Translations under genes and position numbers: made by a program
NCBI RefSeq assembly: GCF_022539665.2
Contig: NC_081331.1
Coordinates: 2,604,001 to 2,668,000 of the forward strand
From: Daphnia carinata
Taxonomy: Eukaryota
DNA: 64,000 bases
Direction: 5' to 3'
The notes under the pieces: model-generated
Seen by the model: the letters and a program-made list of their open reading frames with translations, nothing else
Databases searched by the model: none
Told to the model about the DNA's origin: nothing
Part shown: positions 53,601-64,000 of the stretch, piece after piece
Layout: the number at the start of each line of letters is the position of its first letter
How positions within the stretch are numbered: position 1 is the first letter of the stretch

Positions 53601-56600
53601 GCAATCGTCTATTATGTTTCGTTGGACCACCTTTCCTTTTTTTTTCTTTATCCCTTCAGTTTCTTTTCTTTTGTTCGACGACGGGGGCGACGTCCAAATA
53701 AAACGCAGCATCCTCCTCCTCCTCTCTCTCCTACTACTACTACCCCGCAATGCAGACTTGAACGCAGGTGATGCAACTCGCGCTGTTCTCCGGCAGTAGC
53801 TAAGATAAAGAGATAAACTAGCATCTGCCTTCTGATCTTTGAACTAAAACTTCAGAAAAAGGGTCGCCATTTGTTTTTTCTGCCTCGTTGGCTTTTCATC
53901 TCATCCTTTTGCGTTTTGGTTTACAACAAAGCGTTCACTTTGTTTTATCGATTTCTTTGAGACATTTCGAAATCAGGGTTTTTACACGTGGAAATCTTGG
54001 CTTTGCGTATCCACTCACCTTTTTCCTGGGATTTGAGTTTTTGTTGCTATTGTAAAAAAAAAAATAAAAAAAAATGCAAGTTCCTTGTTGCCGACAAGTC
54101 CAGTTTGAACGAGCCTTTAACAAATAGATAGCACTGGATAGAGGCTCTGTAAAAAAAAAAAAAAAAAAAAAAATAGAATAAACAAAAAGCAGAAATGTTT
54201 GTTTGGCTTCGCAGCGCTGCTCCTGTGGAACGTCGGATTATCCAGTAAAAAAACAACAGATCCATCTGCCTTAATTTTTTTTGAGCAAAAGAGACGATCC
54301 CGAGTCACGGGGTCTTCTTCCTTTTCCCCCCTTCTCACGCCCTTTAGATTTTTTTTTTTTTCGTTTTGACCGTTAGAATTACGCAACGTCTCAACGAAAG
54401 CTTATTGGGGATGATCCACCTCACGACGCCAGACAACCCACCTCCTCCTCCTTGGGTGAGAAAAGAAAAGAAAAGTAGTGTATTTCTAAAACCAAATCAG
54501 AAGAAGCCTTTGGGGTGCTGAAACCGTTTTTAAAGGTCTCCATATAGGTCACTCTGCCAGCCCCTTAAAGTTCTTCTGGGTTTGTCTCGTGATTTTGTTT
54601 CCCTGCCCCCCCCCCCCCCTCCTTTGCTTGTGTAACGACGCCGACCGAACACAAAAGAGCGTAACGATATGCGGACCTTTAACATCTTTTCTTTTCTTGA
54701 GGGCAAAGGGATTCCCCCAATAGCTCGGGGCCACTAACCGTCGGCGTCGTATTTTCTTTCCCACCCTTTTTTATATTTTACTTCCTTCTTTATCCTTTAA
54801 AAAAAAAAAAAAAAGAAAAAAGAAAAGGACGCAACAAGGAATGAAAAGAAGGACGCCGTTACTATACCAAGGACGCGTGGCGTCTCTTTAAAAAGAAAAA
54901 CTTTTGGGATGTGTGTTAAAGAAAAAGATTTGCACCCCTCATCTCAAGTCTTCCTCCGTCCCCCTTCTTTTATGTTCAAGCAATTTTCTCTTCTTGATCG
55001 GATAAGTGTGTCTGAATGAAAAGAGGGAACGACCCTTCCCTTTTTTTTTTTTAATATTTTGGTTTTGAGAAATGAACCCCACCCTTCCCCGAGGAGGTAA
55101 CCGACGCTCCATCTCCTTTTCGCGTCGGCTGTTGTATCTATAAGAAATTCCCACTATCCTCCTTCAAGGTGGGGTCCCCCCCCCACTTTTTTCAATTTCT
55201 TATAGCTTACGTAAGACCCACTATAAGAAAAGGGGGGTTCTATAAAGGGCATCTAGTCTCTTCTCAACGTCAACGCGCAACAAATAACGTCGGGACCTTT
55301 AAATCGAACAATGTGTCTGAAAAAAAAGGAACCCCCCTCTTCCTTCTCTCTTATTCCATAACTTCTTTCTTCTTATATAATATCTTGTTCTTCTCCCCCC
55401 CTTTCATCAAGAGGGTGTTCCATCTATTGTGACTTCTTTACGTCTGAAAAGAAAAAGTCCAGTGAAAGAAGTTGGGTTTTTGTTTGGAGACCCCCAGAAA
55501 TCTATAGGAGGCAGGAGGGGGGGGGGGGGAGTCCCTTTTTCATCGCCCTCTTGTACGGGACGACGCTTTTTTTTTCTCCCAAGACGCGTGGCGTCTTTTT
55601 TATTTCTAAAGAAGTGAGAGATTTAAAAAAAAAAAAAAAAAAAGGGGGAGGTTTTTGAGGGGGGGGGGACTAGCCTCGGGTTGTAACCGACGCCGGGGTG
55701 TTTTTCGGCTAACGGCCGTCTCGTTTTTTTTTTTTTAAAGGTGACGGCTGGCGTCTTTGCCCCCAAGACGTCGTCCTTTTAAAAACCTTTTGTGTTTGAT
55801 GTTTGTATATACAATGCGTATAAAGACGATGGAGCGTGTGCGTAAGCCAAGTAGTAGTGTGTATTTATAAAGACCGTGACGTGTCTATTTAAAAATGGAA
55901 GACGATGAAAAGAAACGGAATTCTTTTGCGGGGCCACCTTTTCACCATTTTTGTAACCGACTTTTTTTTTTTTTTCTTTTTCTTTTGACCGTTCGCGTGC
56001 CATCTTGACGACGCGTGCCCGATTGTATAAGGACGCTCCGTTATCACGAGAAATTCCCAACGGTTTTCTTTTTGTTTTCTCCCTTTTTTTTTTTCGTCAC
56101 GGGGGATTTTTTTTTTCGTGTAAAAAAAAAAACAAACGGAAATTCGTTTAATTTCATTTTAATTTATTGTCAAACAATTTAACGCCAAACAGCTTTTCAA
56201 TTTTTTTTAAAGGTTTCATAACCGCTTTTTTTTTGTATTCATTTGACTTCGTTACAGTTGATGAGGAAACGTCCATTTTTTTTTTAGATGGCCATCGAGA
56301 AATACGTGGGACGTAATAAAATTCCAAAAATATGAACTTGTTATAAGGATTCCGTATTACTTGATGGCATTCGACTTTCTACTCTGCGAATATCTATAAT
56401 AATAAAAAAACCCGGGGAGGGGGGATTTTGAAACGTACAATATTTTCGTGAAGACTTCAACGGTCTGAGAACAGATGCAACAATAAGCGTCAAAGAGTTA
56501 CACTGAAATGGGTTCCGAAAAAAAAAACAAACAAAAAAAAACGAGCGATTAAAAATGCTGTTCACACACTAAAAAAAGAATTTAACGCGTTTGAGGTGCT

Positions 56601-57382
56601 ACCGAATTGCTCTATCGTTAACTGTCAACAACACAACAAAGTGATGTACAAAAATGAGCTGGCCGGATACTGTAGAGCCGTTGACTTTTTTTTTTTTTTT
56701 TTTTTTTTTTTTCCCCCTTTCTTGTGCTCTACATTTGCTCTACATTCTTACAATTCCGGCTGTCCGTTTTTTTACGTGGAATGAGAGGGAAAAGTTGCTA
56801 GGAGGATACACTGACATAACGGTGTGTTCGATGGGGGAAGGGGGGGGGGGGACGACTATGTTTGTGAGATGTACATATTTCAGCAGCGTCATGCCCAAAG
56901 GTGATTTTGACGGACTCTTTGGCCCGTCCGATGCGGGACGAACAACAATACGAAAATTATATTTACGAGTGGGTGGGGTGTGGAGGATGTTGTGTAGAGT
57001 TGCCAAACGTACAGCAGCCGGCAGCTGCACACCTGTCTTCCCATCCCCCTCTGGTCTCTTCACGTCGTCCTCGTCGTCGTTTACTCGTTACTACTTCTCG
57101 TTCTATTCGTTTTTTGTTTTGTTTTTTTGTTATCTCTCTTTTTTTTTTCTTCTTCCCCTAGCGTCCGTAGCTTGAGTTCGTCTGCAAATGTTTGTCTCTT
57201 AATCGAATGCACGCAACCGGGCCAATGCATTGAATTTCCATTCGAACGGATCCCAATGCTGATGTGACGCAAGGATAATCAGAGAAACGCGGGTCATTAG
57301 CAAAACTTGGCAAGTCGAACGTACATAAACAGATAAGAGATGACCGTTAGACTCTTGTCAAAACTTCAAAGCTCCTCTCTTG

Positions 57383-57407
57383 TCTCTCTCTCTCTCTCTC
57401 TCTCTCT
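57383..57407. repeat. (TC)n microsatellite
   Basis: About 12 TC units. Confidence 0.85.
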
Positions 57408-58780
57408 GCGAGCTTGTTTTACTTCTCCTCTTGTATTGAAAGTTGGGTCGTTTAATACTCGCTCTAAACCGATCGTCTGTGTGCGAGAGTGGTATCGCAC
57501 ACACACGAGGAATTATAATATACAAGCGGACAAAACACTAGTCTATACATCGAAACTATCTATTGCTTTCACCAACTGTTTTACGTGCACCAAACACACA
57601 GGGCGAAATGGACGTGTGATGCCCCCCCCCCCCCCGCATGTCCAATTTCGGTCCCAATCGAATCCGATCAGAGGCCGATTTTTTTTTCTTCTAAAATTTG
57701 CAACTTACATTCAGGGTATGTGTTTTGAATATATTTCTGTTTTTTTTTTTTAAGATTTTTATTTTTTTATTTTTGAAAATTGGATAGTGTCGGAAATATT
57801 TAAAGATTGATCCGGGGGTCGCGTACAATGTAGAATAAATAAAAACAAACAACAACAATAGTCGATCGACTTGGCTATTGATCGGTGTACCGTGTGGCAC
57901 TGTTTTTATTGTTATCGTCAGGCTATATAGAAGATCAAGATATCCATCCATCCACCACGGCGACCACTATGTCGTATTGCATCATGGATTACCTTTGGAT
58001 CCGGTGAACCAATCGGATGTGAAAGGGCCATCGTACACAGCCGGTGGGGAATGAAGAAGAAAAAAAAATAAAACAAATGTTTGGTCTAGAAAATGTTGCA
58101 ACATCGAAACGATGCGTAGAAAAAGAGGGACTTAATCAATTATTCAATGTAACAAACAAGACGGATCGATCGAGAAGAGGGGGAGAAAGAAAGAAAGAGA
58201 GAGAGAGAGACCAGTGTCAAAGCTTTATTCCGTGGGAATTGTTTGCCGGCCGCGGGATAAAATTGTTACGTTATCCAACAACAGCTGATCTGGCCAGCTT
58301 TTCAGGTTTCATGAGGTTTCTTTTCATTTTTTACTTCTCTTTCTCACATTGATTTGTGTTGCGTATCGTTTGCTTTTCGGCCCGTCTTTTCTTTTTATTG
58401 TTAATGAAAACAAATCTATAGAGTCGTCAGCTATAGCCTTTTGATATTGCATTTCTACATCTGCGTTTGACCGTGTCGACAGGCCTACGGCAAACAGAAG
58501 CGCAATCAAAATTCAAAAATGTTTTTGCAGCTTTTTCTTTTTTTTTTTTTTTTTTTTATTTTTTTTTTACTTGATGAATAGGTCCGTGTTTGGGAGGAGG
58601 ATCAAAGGTACAGGGAAAATGAAAGAAAAAAAAAAGAAGGGGGAGAGCCGACGAAAATAGTTTGACAGCGACAATTTGTTGTTGACATGGGAACGTCACC
58701 ACCGCCGCGCGGTCAATACACAAAACGGCTATGTGGACATTTCCTCTTCCTTTTTTTCTTACTTCATTTAGCGACGCATT

Positions 58781-58805
58781 GAAGAAGAAGAAGAAGAAGA
58801 AGAAG
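58781..58805. repeat. (GAA)8 microsatellite
   Basis: Eight perfect GAA units. Confidence 0.9.
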
Positions 58806-59695
58806 AGAAAAGCCGATTGGATAGCTGAGAATTTGGTTTTTTTTTTTTTTTTGTGTGTGTGTGCATTCGTCGGCATAGTGTACACAAGTCTTTTTAACGT
58901 TTAATAATAGAGTTTGATGAATCGCATTATTAGAGGTCGTCGACCAATTAACAAGCTGTCGCACCGGACGCGGATAGGCCCATTTCTCTTTATTTTTCTT
59001 CTTATTGAGGAAATTGAAAACTACTCAAAAATAACCACAATTTTGCATTTTTATTTTATTTTTTTGGTAACCCCTATTTCCTCTTAATTTCAATCAAAAA
59101 CCGGCAGTACTAAAAAAATCGGGTTTTTTTTTTTTGTTGTTGTTGTTATTATTTCTTGTCTAAAGGGAAACGGATAACCGGCCAAGACGGTCAAGCTTTG
59201 ATACGAAAATCACCAGGTATATTCTTCCCGTTTTCTTTTTTTTTCTTTCTTATATCCTTCCTCTCCCTCCTCCTCTGACTGATTGCTCGCCCCCCCCCTC
59301 TCTTCCCCATCTAAAATAACCAACAGACAAACAATACATGAAGAAGTTGACTGACGACTGAAGACTTCCTTCCGTTCTATCCTTCAAAAAAAAAAAAAAA
59401 AAAAAGCAACAACCTGTTGGAAACGAGTGAACAAAAAGATGAGATACGCCCCCCTTTAACCCTCCTCCTTATATTCTCCCTCATCAAAGAAAGACACTTG
59501 TCTTCCTCTCTCACCTTTTGTTCGTTTTTCTTTTTTATATATTAACGAGAAACGGTGGTTAGATGGGGGGGGCATCGCCATCATCGTCTTCTTCCTCCCC
59601 CCACTCGCTCTCTTATCTTGATAATAATGTGAAAAAGGGTCACGACAATCTTCGGGAGGACTTTTAAACGCTTCCGGCTCGGTCCCTTTTTTGCC

Positions 59696-59732
<37 letters not shown>

Positions 59733-60591
59733 CCCAACTGTTTGTTATTGTTGTTGTTTTTTGACAAGTTGACGGGTCCAACGTCTTGTTGTGTACATCG
59801 TAGAAGAAAAAGACACGCACCGTCCGGCTTTTTTTAAATTTCATTTACCTGTTTTGTCTGATGCGCGTGTGTGTATGTGGGAACCGTTTTACATCTTTTT
59901 CTCGGTGTCGTGAGAATCTACCAGATAAGACGATGATTCAATTTCTTTTTGTTTCGCGTTCATATTAATTGTTTTTTTTTTATCGTTTCATTCAATTTGG
60001 AAAAAAAAAAAAATTTGAATTCGAAATTTGAATCATTTCAGTTGTTTACAAGTAGATACAATAGACTTTCAGTTTATGAATATTGAATCATCACGTAGAT
60101 CGTCTGTCCGGTGTTTTTTTTTTGTTTTGTTCCTTCACGCTTGAGAAGCTATGCGTCAAGCCAACAACAAAAAAAAGCAAAAGGTTTGCCTCCTTTTTTT
60201 TTATTTTTTATTTTTTTCCATGGAAAATAAAAACGAAATCTGTGTCATGATGCACGTTAAAGCGACACGGAAGGAAGAGCTTCCTTCCTTCCTCGGTTAC
60301 CGAAATGCGTTCTTCCTTCCGACTTGACAAAAGAGCACTTCCTATGTCCGCCCTTTAAACAAACCAAAACCCCGCGTCATATTATTATTACCATTTTTTT
60401 TTTCTTTTCTTTTCTTTTCTTTCTTTCGTCCCTCCGTGTGTTTTGTGGAGGGGCTGGTTGGGTGAGAGGGCGGGTTCAGTCCAGTTGAGAGAATGTAGTT
60501 AGACTATAGAGACACTAAGCGCGTCGTGGAGCATGAGAAATGCGGGTTTTCATTTCCCCTTCCAACTGCTTGTGTCTTTTGTTTCTTTTTA

Positions 60592-60635
60592 TCTCTCTCT
60601 CTCTCTCTCTCTCTCTCAAAAAAAAAAAAAAAAAA
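60592..60635. repeat. (TC)n microsatellite abutting a poly-A run
   Basis: About 13 TC units followed directly by an A-run. Confidence 0.85.
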
Positions 60636-62736
60636 CTTCTTCTTCCTTGTTTTTCATTTTTTTTTTGAGGTTGAAGCTCACTATCGGTGGGAAAAGAACT
60701 TTGGCTCCATATCCACGGAGGTCGCATCTCACACACGCATTTCTTTTTTTTTTCCTAACGTGCGCTACTGCCGACATATCGAATCATTCATTTCTTTTTC
60801 TAAGGTACCCCCCCCCCCCCCCCTCATAACGCTCGTTATCATTTGTTTCGTTTTCTGTCAAATGTTCATAAAAAAAAAGAAAGGAGAAAAATTACACATC
60901 ACACGACCTCCACTCCGGATATACGTATAAAATAAAAAAAAAAGAAACTTTGCATAGCGAGAAAAATCCGGAACTAAGGCTCAGATAATTCGTGTCGCAC
61001 GCAGTCAACTCTTTTTTTTTTTTTTTCATCTCATTTCTCATCGCGTTTAGATTCAGACTGAATTGACCGTCAATAATAATTTGTAACCTTCTTTTTTTTT
61101 GCTGACTATCATTTTTGAATGTTACGGAATCCTCTCTAGTTGTTTTATTTTATTTTATTTTTTTTTTTGGGGGGGGGGCGATCATTTGAAATGTCCAATG
61201 ATAAAAAGTCCATCGGGTTCGGGTGTGGTGAGTTGCGAAGAACCGATCATAAATCCCCCCCCCCCCCTGCTTCGCATTGTTACGCAAATACGGGAAGACC
61301 TACTTTTGTGGCAAGAGTGGGGGGGGGGGGTTGATATTAAAAAATCATAAGGTTTGTAGATCGTACTAAAAAAAAAAAAAAAAAAATTCATGATAGGAGC
61401 CGGTACGTACGCGATGTAAATTTATGCTTCTGTCAGGTGATGTGGTGTTGTCTATTGTTGTGGACGACCGCGACTAATCAGATTAAAAACAAAACACACA
61501 AAAAAAGTTATTGTTGAACTGGAGCTTCCATTTTCACGTTAGATATCATCCTCCCCCTCCCTCCCAGTATCTAGAAAGAAACGTAGAAAAAGGTCATCAG
61601 GGAATGTATGTTTTTTTTATTATTTTCAAATAATGCGGTAAAGTCCAAAAGGCCAATAGAAAACCCTGACGATAGGAAACAAAAGGTTTTCTCTTTTTTT
61701 TTTTGTTTAATGTTTTGATGGGGAGAATGGGTTTATTGTGGATCTTTTACGGGGACAATTGGACGGGCTTCCGACGCGCTTTCTCACGATCCCGTCTCCG
61801 AAACTGACCGCGTTACCTCATTGATGTGACCTTCCGATTCTCACACTGCGCACGCCCCTATAACGCGGATCAAAGCGAGTCGATTTCAACCAACTTTTGA
61901 CACGGCCAGAAAACAAAAACCTCTAAATGCGTGTGACTCTTAAAAAATGGACATGTGGGCATGAGACCATGTCATTATTGGTCTTTCATTTTTCTCTCAT
62001 CTTCTTTTGTTTAAACATTAAGATCCACATTTTCGCCTTTTTAAAATCATTCGCTTCCCATGAAGCAGAAAGAATTTGCCTTTCAAATGTTGAACAAAAA
62101 AAAAATTTCCCTTTTTTCTTTTTCTTTTTTTTTTTTTTTAAGAGATAAGCAAAGAACACAAGACGTGGGATAGGTAAAGGTCTAAAGGGATAAGCCGCGT
62201 ACTGCTCTTTTCTGGTTTATTGGCCTTTCTCTTTAGCTTCTTCTTCCGTCCACGTTCATCCGTGTGCCATGCGACCTGGGAAAAACCGGGGATTTCTTTT
62301 TCTTTTTGCCTATCTGTCTGATCGGATTTATCCATCGAGACACCGACGATGGAAAAGGAGGGAAGCTCTATCGCCGTTCTAATACAGAAGTTGTAGTAGA
62401 GTCATTGGATTTCTCTTGTCTGTCGAGTTTGTTTTGTTTTTTGAGTGTCGACCATTGCAAAAGTATTCGGAAGTTGTTTTTGGCTGCAAGAGAAAGTCCA
62501 ATGCGTGTAGAACGACCATTCCCTTCCTCGCTGTACGGTGGCATTAACGGTGTGTAATATGTCGGGGACAAAAAGAGGTAATACGCTGGCAGCACTTGAG
62601 GACTAACCGGTCATGCGGATGTTGGCCGTTTCCGATTTCCGGTTGTGTTTCGCTGACAGCTCCGTCCATATCGCATGCAAAGGTGGGCCCATGTCGCGTA
62701 GGATAAACGAAAACGACCGTAGGACACAAACCAATT

Positions 62737-62768
<32 letters not shown>

Positions 62769-64000
62769 CAAAAATTTCCGCATCGACCGAGCAACGCACG
62801 ACATTTTTTATCTTTAGAGGAAAGAAAAACAAAAAAACCTAAATCAAACGGGAAGTAGTTTGTTATTGAAATCCTAAAGGCGTTTTTTTTTTTTAAACAT
62901 GGGTAATACAAAAAAAAAAAAATGCTTCACCTGCAAGACGTTTTGGAATTGGATTGTAGCTGCAGTCTGTCGTCCTAGTTAAAGTAAGATGGGGGGGGGG
63001 GTTTCACAAACGGTTTTTGAAAGCAATTATATTCCCATTCATGCGTTATGTGCTTATGTCGAAGAGTTACGAGAATTGAGCAAACAGGGCAGGGGTTTAC
63101 TTCATTTTTTTTTTTTTTTTGCGTCTTCAAAAGTCTTCAACACACAAACCTGGAAGAAAACTTTGTGTGTGTGTGTGGGGGGGGGAACAAAAGGTGCGCT
63201 CATCAATCACCTGTAAAACGGAGTGACCCCAATTGAACCCAAGGAAGTTGGGAGGCGGTACTCGAGAAGGCAGTTATTTTTTGTTTCTCCTTCTTTTTCC
63301 CCCTTCCTATTTTATTAAATGTACGAGCTACTTGAATATATACCCACCATTTTCTGTTGTTTGGTTAGTATAGAGCGTGTGCAGTGCTTACGTCTCTCCT
63401 ATACCTGAAACGTTAGACATCCACTTCCTCCCCACCGACAAATGTTTCCAAAAGGTGAAATAAAAAACAAAGAAAACAATGAAGAGCGAGTCGCTAATCA
63501 ACAGTGTGAGGGATATAGGATAGCATTCAATTATATCAAAACAAACCATACGGCTGTGTTTTTTTTTTTTTTTTTTTGGTTTTTACTGTGCAATTCAATT
63601 TCAACCATCCGGCCTGTTATTTCCGTTAAAAAAAAGAGGACACGTTTCATTTTTGATTATTATTATTTTTTTTTTTACATTAAAAATTTAAATAGTTCAG
63701 GCAACTTGAATTTCGCGCCGATCTTGACCTCACTTAGAATCGCAGACGCTTCCCGTTCGATAAATAGCAACGTCACACAATTGCCAAGATGGAATGATTT
63801 CTTATCGAACGAGTCCATACATCCCGTCCCCGGGATGTCTGTTCTCTCTTTCTTTCTTTCTTTCTTTCTTTTTTTTTTTTTTTAAAGAGAGATTTCATTT
63901 TTCCTTTCCAGAAAAGAACAAAAAATATAAGGCGGGGGGGTTCATGTCTAACGATCAAGATCCGACGCCCGATTGTTTGTTTGTTTGTTTTCCTGGGCTT

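Noticed and set aside
61475..61485. TAATCAGATTA paired-homeodomain P3 palindrome
   Set aside because: A single 8-bp-specified AT-rich site is expected by chance in 64 kb.
1..64000. tRNA, rRNA, CRISPR arrays, transposons, prokaryotic operons or defence systems
   Set aside because: No cloverleaf/T-loop context, regular repeat-spacer arrays or transposase/RT ORFs were seen, and all real genes are spliceosomal. Small RNAs such as miRNAs cannot be excluded by eye.

Overview
Eukaryotic, intron-containing genomic DNA. Short AT-rich introns (~60-150 nt) and the gene content suggest an arthropod, plausibly a Daphnia-like crustacean (inference). Manual exon walking supports six complete protein-coding genes: an unc-42/Prop-class paired-like homeobox gene (191-5012, -), an MCFD2 homologue (13467-14803, +), an ether-a-go-go K+ channel (19981-39336, -), RBM25 (42172-46059, +), ISCA2 (46180-46661, -) and DLST (46930-49103, +). 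A probable 5' end of a seventh gene lies near 50.3-50.7 kb, followed by ~13 kb of homopolymer-rich non-coding DNA. No prokaryotic systems, CRISPR arrays, tRNA/rRNA genes or transposase ORFs were seen. The most notable observations are: a tandemly duplicated, intact terminal exon encoding EF-hand 2 of MCFD2; head-to-head ISCA2-DLST, which are linked through lipoylation; a GC-AG intron and a candidate poison acceptor in RBM25; and a dense cluster of GGCGTC and kB-like motifs at 52.7-56 kb. Exon boundaries were inferred by hand from splice signals and frame continuity, without transcript evidence.
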